NCBI RefSeq assembly: GCF_004010195.1
Contig: NC_057728.1
Coordinates: forward strand, 52,218,401-52,282,400
DNA from: Chiloscyllium plagiosum
Lineage: Eukaryota
DNA length: 64,000 bases
Direction of reading: 5' to 3'
The position numbers and the translations under genes were made by a program. The notes beneath the pieces are model-generated. The model was not told the origin of the DNA, searched no databases, and saw nothing but the letters and a program-made list of their open reading frames with translations. Shown here one piece after another: positions 24,821 to 37,628 of the stretch. Within the stretch, counting starts at the first letter, position 1. The number at the start of each line of letters is the position of its first letter.

Positions 24821-27266
24821 GCTTATTATCAAAATATGTGTGTGGCACAAAAGCAATTGTGACTATTCTTGAAGAGTAAGTGACTTCAGGAGAATGCAGA
24901 TCAATAAGTTGAGCATAAACATAGTGGGATGATAGAAACAGAATGGTAACAACATAGAATGTTTAATGGGGATGGTTGTGATGTAATACATTTTAAGAAG
25001 AAGATATCATTTATGGATGTCAATTTTTTAAAGAAAACCAGAGAGATTTAGGTTCAGATATTAGAAAAAGTTAGAGTGGAAATTCAGGTTGATAAAGTAT
25101 GGTTTGGTTTGATATGTTTGGGTTTCCAAACATATAAATAGAAAGCAGGAATCATCAGCAGTGCTTTGCCTGGAGGCCCACTGAAGATGTAACCTAGTAG
25201 GGTGATGAAACGTTTTAGCTCAGTGGGCAAACCTACATTCTGATAAAGTATATATTATCTTAGCCTTTAATTGTGAGCCACACAGTGTACAAAAACAAAG
25301 AAGTAATGCTAATCCCGTGCACACATTAGTTAGTTACTGATAAAATACTGTGTCCAATATTGCACATTGTACATTTGTAAGGGTATCAGGTTCATGGAGA
25401 TGGGAGAAGGTGACCTTAGAGCAGCGTTGGTGCATCCCAGTGTGACATCTAATTGTTCCATGTCCCCTGTCCTGTTCCTGATCAGGCACCAAAGTACAGC
25501 CAAATGCCACTCACCTGGGACTTTGTGCATTGTTTTTATCTCTGTTTATGACCGGGAATAGCCCATTCACCCATTTGAGCTTTCTCTGCCGTCATGACTG
25601 ATCTATACCTAAAATCCATATTCTCCCTTTACTCCATGTCTCAGGATGCTATTGTTCAGCAAAAGCGTATCAAACACAGTGCTAAACATCCCTGCCCTGG
25701 TCAGATGGTGGGACACTTCCTTGAGGTTGTAGTGGCTTGAGGGGCTTGCTAGGACAATTGGACAAATAAGTTGGTGTGAAACTGGAATCATGTGTAAACC
25801 ATACTTGGTAAGGCTGGCAAGTTCCTTCCATTAAAGGCATCAGTAAGCTAGTTTGTTTTTAAAAAAGACAATCTGACAGCTTGATAGTCACTTTTTTTAA
25901 ACTAGTGCCAACCTTTTAGTTTTGGATTTTCAAAACAACTGTACACAGGTTGGCAAAGTGATATGATCGATTTTGAACTCATGTTTGCTGCATTGTTATT
26001 TCAGGCCTTTGATAACTAGGCTACTTAAACCAACATTATGCCACCATACTTCAGCAAGTAAAGATGATTATTGTATCTAACTGAAATCCTGCTATCCTTT
26101 ATTTCAGTGGAATTATTGATAATAATAGGCTAATGAATTCTGCTGAAATGGTGTGGGCAAGGGTTGGCCAAATTATCTCAAATATTGGACATTAAAATAT
26201 CTTCCACAGTACAAGAAGAAAATAAGGACCTGCATTTGTACAATATCTTTCACCTTTCAAAGTCCTTTACAGCCAGTTAATTTCTTTCTAAAGTTAGAAG
26301 CAACTATACAAAAATGAATTAAAAGTAGAGTGGGCCGTTCAGCCCCTTAAGTCTGCTCTACTATAAGTTATGGTCATGGCTGATATTGTGAGCTCAACTC
26401 CACTTTCCAATCCACCATCTATAACTTTTGACTGGCTTGTCAATTAAGAATCTATCAAACTCAATAACCCAACTTCCACTTCATCCTGGAAAACAGAATT
26501 TCATAGATTAATGATTCGCTGAGGGAACGAAAATTGCCCCATCTGTGTGTTAATTGGAAGACCCCTTAGATTTAAACTGAACCCCTAGTTCTGGATTCTG
26601 CATTTTCTTGGCACCACCCTATGAAATCCCCTCAGGATCTTGTATGTTTCAATAAAATTACCACTCATTCTCCTAAACTCCAACAGATACAGGCCCAAGC
26701 GTCCAGCCTTTTCTTGTAAGACATATAAACTTCATCCCAGATTCCAGCTGAGGGAAATTTCTCTGAATCACATCTATTGCAATTATAGCCTTCCTTAAAT
26801 AAGGAGATCAAACTGTACAGAGTACTCAAGATATGGCCTCACCAATTCCCAATATAACTGTCAACTTGTGTGAGGCAAGGTTCCACAAACTGCAATGAGA
26901 TGAATAATAAAACAAAGAACTGTGGATGCTGGAGATAGGAAACACATATAAACAGAAATTCCTGGAGAAGCTCAGCAGCTCCTGCAGTATCATTGGAGAG
27001 AAAGCAGAATTAATGCTTTGAGTCTAGTGACCCTCATTCTGAACCCTCCTTCAGTAAGATGAGTGATCAGTTTCAATGTTGTTACTTGAGGGCTAATTGT
27101 TTCCTGGCTGCTCTTCAAATAATGCCATTGGAGCTCTTAACACTAAACTGAGTAAGGAATATTTTGGCCTGACCTAGATGAAAGAAAAGCTTGTACTTTT
27201 GTATAGGTTTTATAGAACTTACTGCGATACCTGTAATTGTTTGAAATATCTTTCCTGGCGTTCTAG

Positions 27267-27339
27267 ATAAAATACAATGAAAATGAAAAAATAAGCAAAG
27301 AGAAAAATAAGGAGATTGACAAAAAGAGGAAAAATACAG
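27267..27339 (+). CDS. ccdc107: RIC3/CCDC107-family protein, exon 3 (lysine-rich linker)
   Basis: ttctAG|IKYNENEKISKEKNKEIDKKRKNT(E)|GTAATA; 73 nt, supplies exactly the phase 0-to-1 bridge needed between exons 2 and 4. Confidence 0.8.
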
Positions 27340-27779
27340 GTAATACATTTAATAACGCAGTAAATTGTTGGAAAATGAAACCTTTCTGCAATGACTGCTA
27401 ATGCAGTTTGTCATTATAGTTTGATTCTGCTGAAATGCATACCAGTGGTTTTATAATGTCATTGTATGTTGGTGACTGTGTCCTTTCTTCCCTTAAACCC
27501 TAATTTGTCTGTTTCTCATTCTCCTAACTCTCCTGTACTTACTGAATTGCTTTGGTTCCTGGTCAAGGTATGTCTTGATTTTGAAATTCTCATCTTTGTT
27601 TTCATATCTCTCCATAATTTTGACCTTGCTAATTCTGTGGTCCCCTTCAACCATCTAAGATATCTGCACTCCTCTAGTTCTGGGCTGTTGAGCAACACTG
27701 ATTCTGGGATCTGAGCAGCATTTCTAGTTGAGCCTTCAGTTCAGTTCTGCCTAATCTCTAAAGTCTGAAATACCTTACC

Positions 27780-28200
27780 TGGATTTGAGCTATAGCGAGA
27801 GGCTGAATAGGCCGAGGCTGTTTTCCCTGGACTGTCGAAGGCTGAGGCGTGACCTTATAGAGGTTAATAAAATCATGAGGGGCATTATAAGGTAAATAGA
27901 CAAGGTCTTTTCCCTGGGTTGGGGGAATCTAGAACTAGAGAGCATAGGTTTAGTGTGAGAGGGGAAAAATTTAAAAGGGACTCTGACAACTTGTTCACAC
28001 AGAGGGGTGTATGGAATAAGCTGCCAGAAAAAGTGGTGGAGGCTGGTATAATTAAGCATTTAAAAGGCATCTTGATGGGTGTATGAATAGGAAGGGTTTG
28101 GAGGGATATGGGCCAAGTGCTGGCAAATGAATTTAAATTCGGTTAGGATATCTGTTGGCATGGACGAGTTACACCACAGGGTCTGTGGTGTACAACAGCT
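27780..28200 (+). mobile_element. CR1 3' end
   Basis: LSYSERLNR..LFSL..RRLRRDL; WNKLPEKVVEAG. Confidence 0.85.
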
Positions 28201-28829
28201 GTACAACACTAAGACTCAACACCTCTGTCTCTCAGTCTTGCTTGCTTCCTTTAAAAAACACTCCTTATAACATACTTCTGCTCAAAAGTTTGATAATCCT
28301 ACTTACTTTGTCTTTATGTATCTGGGTGTTATATTTTTTGTTCCTCTTGTGAAACCATGTGAGATGTTTTATTAGGTTAAAGTTGCTGTATTGTTCTTGG
28401 TGCTATTGCACATATAATATCATACAATTATAATGAAGTCAGATAATGTGTTTGGATTCTTCAGTGCTTGTCTTAATTTGTAATAATTATTTATTAGCTA
28501 CCCTACAGCAGAAAGGATATGGAGTAAGTTAATGATTGTGCCATATAAAGGTGCACAGGAACACCTGTGCCGCCTGAGTTACCCTCTGGGTCACATTCAG
28601 ACATATATTGATGTTTCTTTGTAGTTTGGTCACAATGCTAGAGCTCTCGATTTAACTGCGTAGATTGCAGGGCTTCAGGGAAGTGACCTATAACCATCTT
28701 GTGGAGGGCATCTAGGGATGTGCTGTTACCAGTACCTGCATCCTGAGAATGGAAATCTCTCCATTCAGTACTGAAATGTCACCCTACATAGTTCATTCAA
28801 GTCTGAATTGGGGCTTTTTAAAATTTATT

Positions 28830-29650
28830 CATTTTGTAGAGAAGGTAGGATTGAGCTGCCTTCTTGAGCCACTGTGGTCCACCTGCTGTGGGTTGACCCA
28901 CAATGCCATTAGGAAGGGAATTCCAGGAGGTTGACAGTAAAGGTATGGCAATATATTTCCAAGTTAGGATGGTGAGTGGATTGGAGAGTAACTTGAAGGT
29001 GGTGATGTTTCACATTTCTGCTGCCCTTGTCCTTCTAGATGGAAGAGGTCATGGGTTTGGAAGGTGCTGTCTGAGGATCTTTGATTAATTTTTGCAGTGC
29101 ATCTTGTAGAAAGTACACACTGCTGCTACTGAACGTTGGTAGATGCTTGCAGATGTAATGCCAATCAAGTGGACTGCTTTGTCCTGGATGGTGTCAAACT
29201 ACTTAAGTGTTGTTGGGGCTGTAGTTATCAAGGCAAGTGGAGAGTACTCCCTCACACTCCTGATTTGTGCCTTATAGCTGATGGACAAGAATTGGGGAGT
29301 CAGGAGGTGAGTTAATCCTAACCTCATACCTGCTCTTGTAGCCACTGTGTTTATGATGTGAGTTCAGTTGAGTTTCTGGTCAATGATAACCCTCAGGATG
29401 TTAATAGTGGAGGATTCAGTGATAGTAACTTACATTGAATATCAAGGGACGGTGGTTAGATTGTCTCTTATTGGTGATGGTCATAACCTGGCATTTGTGT
29501 GGCGTGAATGTTGTCAGCCCAAGCCTGGATATTGTCCAGAACTTGTTGCATTTGAACATGGACTGCTTCAGTATCTATGGAGTCGAGAATGGTACTGAAC
29601 ATTGTGCAATCATCAGTGAACATCCCCATTTCTGACTTTGTGCTTGGCCC
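28830..29650 (-). mobile_element. CR1/L2-group LINE 3' fragment (same family as 50470-53345)
   Basis: Reverse complement resembles 52440-53300. Confidence 0.75.
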
Positions 29651-29762
29651 TGTGGCTTGAATTGAGGCCAGAAAGCTACCAACTGAGCCAAGGTAATGTT
29701 AAGACTTAGACTGTAAACTGGTTTAGGCAATGTTTTAGTAACACAAGAAACTTTTGATCTAG

Positions 29763-29853
29763 AAAATCAGCTTTCTGAACTGGAGATACGTTTGGCACAG
29801 ACAGAGAGAATGCTGGACTCATTAGTAAAAGAATTAGATCCACTCACCAACTG
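29763..29853 (+). CDS. ccdc107: RIC3/CCDC107-family protein, exon 4 (coiled coil)
   Basis: ENQLSELEIRLAQTERMLDSLVKELDPLTN(C), cf. human CCDC107 EQQLAQLTQQLAQTEQHLNNLMAQLDPL. AG/GTAAGT flanks, phase 1 to 2. Confidence 0.9.
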
Positions 29854-32054
29854 GTAAGTGATTTGTTGCCCTTCTGCTGGTTTTTTAAAATATATTTTGT
29901 TTTTTCACACTAGATGTTGGTTTGATTTTCTTAAACATCCTTATTTGACAACCAGTAAATTAACCCACCTCAGCCTCTTGGAGTCTTTCATTTGACTGTT
30001 CCATCTTCCATTGTTGTTTTTTGTGGCTTAGCCCCTTTGCATCTGCTTTCGTGAGTGCTCTCAGTTTCTATTCCTCCTAGTTACCTGTTGCATTTTGTTC
30101 TCACCAATCTCCATTGCCTTCCACATCTCTCAACATGTTTTCTTTGTCAGTATCCATTTGTATGTTTGCTGTACCCTACCAAAATTGCAGCTCTACACAT
30201 TTGCTTGTCTGCTGTGCTGTTGTAAATTTGGACCATTGTTCCTTTCCCTACCTTCTCCCACCACTTAGAGCCCCCCCAACCCAAAATGCGTTGTTGGCAA
30301 ACAACTCCCATGGATGTCTCCTGGAGTTCCCTTATTTCATTTGTTTCTGCTTGGAAGAGTCTCTTTCTTGACCTTGCCTTTGATTTTCAATTTGTTTTTG
30401 TTTCTATTTTCTCCACCTACCACCTTCCAATAAACTGCTGCCATGTTAAGAAGGCTGTACAGTTGGTGTCATAGGACTCTTGTGGTGCAGTGGTAGTGTC
30501 ACTACTGCTGTACCAGAAGGTCCGGGTTTGAGTGCCACCTGTTGCAGAGTTGTTTTCATGTGTCTCAACAAGTTTAATTTAAAAATATCTACGGTTGCTG
30601 TCATCACAACTAGAAACAACTGGCCAAAGTCAATGATTCATATGGAACCTGCTCAGTGTGGAGAATGAAGAAGGGGTTCTCTAGGATTTCCATCATGTGC
30701 GCAATCCAATTAAATAGCTACCCAATTAATTTACACTTAACTGATCCACATTATGTTCTTCAAATGCCACTTTCTGACTTTATTTTTGTAAATCAAAATA
30801 AATAAAAAGTTGCGTGTTGACTAAAGACTGCTCTGGCTATTGAATAAGTTACATTTTATGCTCTGTGCATTGTACCTCTAGTTATTGTGAACATAGCACA
30901 GTACAGAATCGGAAAAGACTCTGCAGTCCTCCTGGCAGGTCCCACAGATAGTTATTAGGTAGGAAATTCTTAGTACTAAAACTGTTGTAAACTATCCACT
31001 TCGGGTTAGTATTAATCTGTAATTCTATAATCTATAATTCCATGTATGGATATCCTTTTTGTAAGCTGCTCTTGCCATCTTCTATCAGCCAGTTTTTGTG
31101 AGCAGAGAGGATCACAATTTTATCCTGTTTTAAAATCTGCTTGTATAATAAGAATTCTGAAGATGTGGTATCATTTCTAACTTGGCCTCAATACCAGATC
31201 ACTGAGATAGTTTATCTCCTGAATGGATTGATGTTTGTTAGCTTGAATCGAATATCTATCGGAACTTAATACAAGGAGCTCCAATAAAAGGAAGAGTTGG
31301 GGAGCTGGGAGCAGGTGTAAATTATGGATCTTTAGTGTGAATGGAGATTATCATAAATAACTTAACAACTTTCATACCTCCAACTGAATCTGTTCAACTG
31401 AAATTGAATCTGTGTGTGAACCTATATGAACATATTCAATGTGTGCACCAGGCATATGAAAAGCACCTGGACTAGTACAGTGAACAAATATTACTATTTT
31501 CAATATTGTAACAAAGTAAAATCATACTGATCCAGTGTTTGCTTAATGCAAAAGTGATGCAGGTATAAATCCTGTGAACATTATAAAATTTATCCTCTCC
31601 TGTATGTTACAAAAGAGTCAGTTGTGGGTGAGTAACATAAATTTGGGGCAGGTGAGGAGAAAGCACATGTGTACGGTGAAGACAAGTTGGAATGAGTAGT
31701 GGGGATGAGGAGGGTGCAAGAGATCTAAGAGTTGAGATGAAACAGTGGTGGGAGACGAGCAATAAAGTTGGGCTGTCGAGTGGATTTGACAGGCAATATG
31801 TTGGCAGCTTAGTTGCAGTTAAGGCAGGTAAAGATATTGAAGACCAGGACTGTCTTTTCATTGTTGCTCCATGTCCTTTACATGAAAATATAAAGGAAAG
31901 TTCAAATTGACATTTCACTGTTGCCATTGTTGTGAATTAACTTAAACCAAAGTAACAAAACTTTACCCTTTCTGTTTGGGACTAAGCTTACTGCAGGTGG
32001 AGATAGGAGCCAGTTGCTATTTATTTGCAATGCCAATGCAGGATTATTATAACA

Positions 32055-32225
32055 AGCAGGTTATGCAGCATCTGAGCAGCAGGAGAATCGACGTTTCGGG
32101 CAGGAGCCCTTCATTAATAAATGTTGATTCTCCTGCTCCCTGGATGCTGCTTGACCTGCCGTGCTTTTCCAGCACCACATACTCTCGACTCTGATCTCCA
32201 GCAAGTGCAGTTCTCACTTTCTTCT
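32055..32225. mobile_element. Inverted family A Penelope termini
   Basis: gcagcatc..caggagaatcgacgtttcgggc followed by gattctcctgctcc..gatgctgc. Confidence 0.7.
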
Positions 32226-32464
32226 ATTATAATGAGCAGCTAATCTTAAATTATCATAAATTATTCAATTTTATGAATTATACTTAATATATTTATCTTG
32301 CAATAAATTTTTGTTTAGAATTAACTGCTACAACTTATTGCAGAAGATGCATATAGTTACAAATTTTGTTTGACCCACAATGAAGGATTGAAAACAATTC
32401 TTATAGTCTGGATTTAAATATTAATTTGTATTCGTGAACTGTTGCTTTCAAAAAGATTGCAATA

Positions 32465-32683
32465 CAGTCAGTTCTGCTATAACACGGTAGTTCCATTCTT
32501 GTGCAATCCTGTGTTTTAAGAAAATTGTACAATAGCAGCATGATTTAAACTAATGGGGTCGGAATCACGTTCTAACCAATACACGCTTTAAAACTTCGCG
32601 CTTTAGAAACAGTGTCCTCAATTCGTCGATCGTGTTATGGCAAATTCGTGTTAACAAAATGCGTGTTGTAGCAGAACGAACTG
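32465..32683. mobile_element. Tc1/mariner-pogo (Tigger-like) MITE
   Basis: Terminal inverted repeats CAGTCAGTTCTGCTATAACACG / CGTGTTGTAGCAGAACGAACTG, flanked by TA on both sides. Confidence 0.8.
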
Positions 32684-32864
32684 TACTTTAAACACTAATT
32701 CTTGGCAATCCTTATTTTTGCAATTGGGTGCAACTTGAGCAATTGCAACTTGTACAGTATAGTGCTTAATTTGCAAAATAGGCGAAACAATGCTGAAGTG
32801 CTGTGATGTATAATACCTTGGACCCTGCTTAACTTCAGACTTTATTGCTTTACATTCAATTTAG

Positions 32865-32962
32865 TGTTGATGCCGTAGCCTCTGAGCAGAAGAATGAAAT
32901 TATGACACAGCTTCAGCAATTAAGGCAGCTGATGAAAGAGAGACAGGCACCCAATATCGTTG
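32865..32962 (+). CDS. ccdc107: RIC3/CCDC107-family protein, exon 5
   Basis: VDAVASEQKNEIMTQLQQLRQLMKERQAPNIV, cf. RIC3 AQTVTSDQEKRLLHQLREITRVMKE. tttAG/GTAAGA flanks, phase 2 to 1. Confidence 0.88.
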
Positions 32963-32982
32963 GTAAGATGTTTGGTGATTCC

Positions 32983-35345
32983 ATGTAAAGCATTGAGGTT
33001 TTGTCCGTTGTGTGCAGGAGAGTTTTCTGACACAGTGTGTAGACAGGCCAACAAGGGGCGAGGCCACATTAGATTTGGTACTGGGTAGTGAACCTGACCA
33101 GGTGTTCGATTTGGAGGTAGGTGAGCACTTTGGTGATAGCGACCACAATTCACTTTACTTTAGCGATGGAAAGGGATAGGCATACACCGGAGGGCAAGAG
33201 ATACAGCTGGGGGAAAGGCAATTACGATGCGATTAGAAAAGATTTAGGAAGCATAGGATGGGGAAGGAAACTGCAGGGGATGGGCACAATAGAAATTTGG
33301 AGCTTATTCAAGGATCAGCTATTGTGTGACCTTGATAAGTATGCACCTGTCAGACAGGGAGGAAGTTGTCGAGCGCAGGAGTCGTGGTTTACTAAACAAG
33401 TTGAATCTCTTGTCAAGAGGAAGAAGGTGGCTTAGGTTAGGATGAGATGTGAAGGCTCAGTGATGGTGATGGAGAGTTATAAGGTAGCCAGGAAAGACCA
33501 AAAGAAAGAGCTAAGACAAGCGAGGAGGGGACATGAGAATTTGTGGCGGGTAGGATCGGGGAAAACCCTAAAACTTTCTATAGGTATATAAGGGATAAAA
33601 GAATAACTCTAGTAAGATTAGGGCCAATCAAGGTCAGTAGTTGGAAGTTGTGCTTGGAGTCAGAGGAGATGGGAGAAGCACTAAATATTTTTCATCAGTA
33701 TTCACACTGGAAAAAGACAATGTTGTCGAGGAGAATACTGAGAAACAGGCTACTAGACTAGATGAGATTGAGGTTCACATGGAGGAGGTGTTAGAAATTC
33801 TGGAAAGTATGAAAATGGATAAATCTCCTGGGCTGTATGGGATTTATCCTAGGATTCTCTGAGAAGCAAGGGGGAAATTGCTGAGGCTTTGGCTTTGATC
33901 TTTATGTCGTAATTGTCTACAGGAATACTATCAGAAGACAGGAGTTTAGCAAATGTCCCCTTGTTCAAAAAGGGGAGTAGAGGCAACCCTGGTAATTACA
34001 GACCAGTGAGCCTTACTTGAGTTGTGAGTAAAGTTTTGGGAAAGGTTATAAGAGATAGGATTTATAATCATCTCGATAGAAACAAGTTGATTAGGGATAG
34101 TCAACATGGTTTTACGAAGGATAGGTTGTGCCTCAAACCTTACTGAGTTCTTTGAGAAGGTGACCAAACAGGTGGATGAGGGTAAAGCCATTGATATGGT
34201 GGAAATGGATTTCAGTAAGGCGTTTGATAAGGTTCCTCACTGTAGGCTACTGCACAAAATACGGAGGCGTGGGATTAAGGGCGATTTAGCGGTTTGGATC
34301 AGAAATTGGTTGACTGAAAGAAGGCAAAGGATGGTGGTTGATGAGAAATGCTCATCCTTGAGTTCAGTTACTAGTGGTGTACCGCAAGGATCTGTTTTGG
34401 GTCCACTGCGATCTGTCATTTTTATAAAAGACCTGGATGAGGGTGCAGAAGGATTGGTTAGCAAATTTGCAGACAACACTAAGGGCGGTATAGTTATGGA
34501 TCGTGCAGAAGGATGTTGTAAGTTACAGAAGGACATGGATAAGCTGCAGAGCTGTATTGAGAGGTGGCAAGTGGAGTTTAATGCAGAAAAGTGTGAAGTG
34601 AATCACTATGGAAAGAGTGACAGGAGTGCAGAGTATTGGGTGAATGGTAAAATGTTTGGTAGTGCAGATGAGCAGAGAGATCTTGGTGTCCATGTACATG
34701 GATCCTCAAAGTTGCCACTCAGGTTGATAGGGTTGCTAAGAAGGCATACGGTGTGTTAGCATTTATTGGTAGAGGGATCGAGTTTCAGAACCATGAGGTC
34801 ATGCTGCAGCTTACAAAACTTTGGTGCGGCTGCACTTGGAGTATTGTGTACAGTTCTGGTCACCGCATTATAGGAAGGATGTGGAAGCTTTGGAAAAGGT
34901 TCAGAGGAGATTTACTAGGATGTTGCCTGGTATGTAGAGAAGGTCTTATGAGGAATGGTTGAGGGACTTGAGGCTCTGTTTGCTAGAGAGAAAAAGGTTG
35001 AGAGATGAATTGAGACATATAATCAGAGTTAGATCGAGTGGACAGTGAGAGCCTTTTTCCTAGGATGGTGATGGCTAGCACGAGGGGGCATTGTTTCGAT
35101 TTGAGGGATGATCGATATAGGACAGATGTCAGAGATAGTTCTTTACTCCGAGAGTAGTAGGGCCGTGGAATGCACTGCCTGCAACTGTTGTAGACTCGCC
35201 AACTTTCCGGGCATTTAAATTGTCATTGGATAAGCATATGGATGAGAATGGAATAGTGTAGGTTAGATGGGCTTCAGATTGGTTTCACAGGGCGGCACAA
35301 CATCGAGGGCCAAAGGACCTTTCCTGCGTTGTAATGTTCTAAATT
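32983..35345 (+). mobile_element. CR1 LINE ORF2, 5'-truncated, decayed
   Basis: MDFSKAFDKVPH, SGVPQGSVLGP, SKFADNTK motifs; 3' tail at about 35340. Confidence 0.92.
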
Positions 35346-35954
35346 AATTAAAATGAACTAAAGTACATCACTACCTTAGTTGTGGCAGTGAGCTTCACTT
35401 TAATGCCTTGATCATGTTTTAGTTTGATGGTTTTGCTTTTATATTTCTTCTTGAAACCCACCTCTTTGATCAAGTTTATGATCACCTGTCCTATCTCATT
35501 GTTGCCTAGTTTAAAATTCCTGAAGAAGGGCTCATGCCCGAAACATCGATTCTCCTGCTCCTTGGATGCTGCCTGACCTGCTGCACTTTTCCAGCAACAC
35601 ATTTTCAGCTCTGATCTTCAGCATCTGCAGTCCTCACTTTTTCCTAGTTTAAAATTTCATCTGATATTGCACTTGAAGCACCTTAGAATGTTGCACTATG
35701 TCAAAGGCATTACATAAATTCAAGTTGTCCCCCAGAACATGATATTAATCTTTATATTTCTAAATGTGCATATACAGAAGCTTAAAATATTATTTTGAGA
35801 CAGTACTTGAGGAATTGAAGAGAACTTGGAAAAGAATTTTACATGAAAATGTTTTGACTTATGGAACATTAGTACTTTATTCCCAGTGATAGTTTAATAT
35901 AATTTCAACAACTATTTCTGTTTAGAATCATAATCTGTTTTCTCCCCAATTTAG

Positions 35955-36232
35955 AAAACGTAACACCTATCATTGAGGATGAAGACCGTGTCGAGGACAT
36001 TGAGATAAAGACACAAATGTCTGAAGATCTGATCTCTGCAGAGAGTGAAGAAGACATGCGAGATGATGTTGACCCAGTAATTGGCAAAGTACCATTTTGT
36101 GACGAGGTTGAGTTGAGTAGCATTTCCACAGCAGATGCTGAGAGCGATTTTGAAGTTGATGCAGATTTGCCAGAAACTCATGAACCCGTAGAGTTAAGAA
36201 GGCGCAATAAAATGAATGAGTTTGGGAAATAA
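35955..36232 (+). CDS. ccdc107: RIC3/CCDC107-family protein, terminal exon 6 (acidic tail)
   Basis: Polypyrimidine acceptor; acidic region ending ELRRRNKMNEFGK* (cf. RIC3 C-terminal LRKRN). The six exons sum to 879 nt = 292 aa + stop. Confidence 0.85.
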
Positions 36233-36670
36233 ATCGCTAATCATCCCTGTATATTCATATTTTATCCATTACCTGATTCACTTTGTTTATTGTGTGGTTT
36301 TATAGAAATATTATTTCCATGATACTTGTTACTATTTAAAACAGATTAAAATTGACATTGACCTAATATATTCAAAAGCATTGACACATCAGGAAATTGG
36401 TTTTAGTTAGTTAGGATTTACTTGTTCCATATAGTTATAATGACCTTGATTGTTTTTATATTAAAATCATTGTGAAATTAACATGGAGCATTGCATTATT
36501 TGGAATCTTGATCTATCTAAACTCATGTTAGTAAACTGAATGTTTGTTTAATTTGTGTGCATATAATTTTACTTTCTATCAAATACTGAACTCAACTCTG
36601 AAATGTTGTCATGCTTTTGTAAGTAAGAGTGTTGTTGTATTTAAGGATATACACATTTGTGTTTTTACAG

Positions 36671-36676
36671 AATAAA
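36671..36676 (+). terminator. Candidate polyadenylation signal of the RIC3/CCDC107-family gene
   Basis: AATAAA about 440 nt after the stop, ending an AT-rich, repeat-free putative 3'UTR. Other candidate signals exist nearer the stop. Confidence 0.45.
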
Positions 36677-37395
36677 TTACACCCAAATTTAATAAGGGAG
36701 GAAGAGTGCAAGAAAAAGACTACAAAATGTGTTCTTAGTGCTGATCTTTTAACCTGGTGAACTCAGTCTCAGCCTGCTGCCTTCCAGACAGAGCTCTGAC
36801 TTCACTTGCACTTGCTATCTAGCCTCACAGTCTACATCAAAAACTGCTGAAAGTATACCTGCAAAAAGAATGAATAGATTAATTATTTGAATTTGATTCT
36901 TCTTCAGAACAGGAGTCAAAATTTTAATTGTTAGGAGTTAACAGACCAGAATCTGCTCCTCAATTCAACAAGATCTCTTACTGAATCATTCACTTACTAA
37001 TCATTCACATCAACCTCACCTTCCTGAAATATCACCATATTTATTCCCCAACAATGCAACACATCTGTTGACCTATGTCTTGAATATACATCCCATTATC
37101 TAAAGAAAGATGTACTCGCATTGAAAACAGTCCAGAGAGCTGACATGGTTGATCCCAGGTATGAAGATCTTTTGAGGACAGGTGGAGTAGGTTGGGCTTA
37201 TACATATTGGAATTTAGGAGAATGAGGGGAGGCCTATTGAAATATAAGATTTTTAGGGGGCTTGACAGGGTAATTGTAGAAAGGTTGATTCCCCTTATAG
37301 GAGTAGAAAGTGAGGTCTGCAGATGCTGGAGATCAAAGTTGAAACTTTATTGCTGGAACAGCACAGCAGGTCAGGCAGCATCCAGGGAACAGGAG

Positions 37396-37431
37396 ATTCG
37401 ACGTTTCGGGCACAGGCCCTTCTTCAGGAAT
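37396..37431 (-). ncRNA. Minimal type I hammerhead ribozyme motif, family A, left arm of inverted element (intact)
   Basis: attc-CTGAAGA-A-GGGC(CTGT)GCCC-GAA-ACGT-C-gaat on the minus strand. Confidence 0.75.
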
Positions 37432-37592
37432 GAGCAGAGAGTGTTCAGCAGGAGAGAGGGAGGCAGAGAGCTTCTTCAAGGAAGGCATCCTTTTCTCCTC
37501 GAAGATTTCAACCTACTGCGAATCCTCTTACAAGAATGCCTTCCTTGAAGAAGCTCTCTGCCTCCCTCTCTCCTGCTGAACACTCTCTGCTC

Positions 37593-37628
37593 ATTCCTGA
37601 AGAAGGGCCTGTGCCCGAAACGTCGAAT
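37593..37628 (+). ncRNA. Minimal type I hammerhead ribozyme motif, family A, right arm of inverted element (intact)
   Basis: attc-CTGAAGA-A-GGGC(CTGT)GCCC-GAA-ACGT-C-gaat; perfect 4-bp stem I. Confidence 0.75.
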
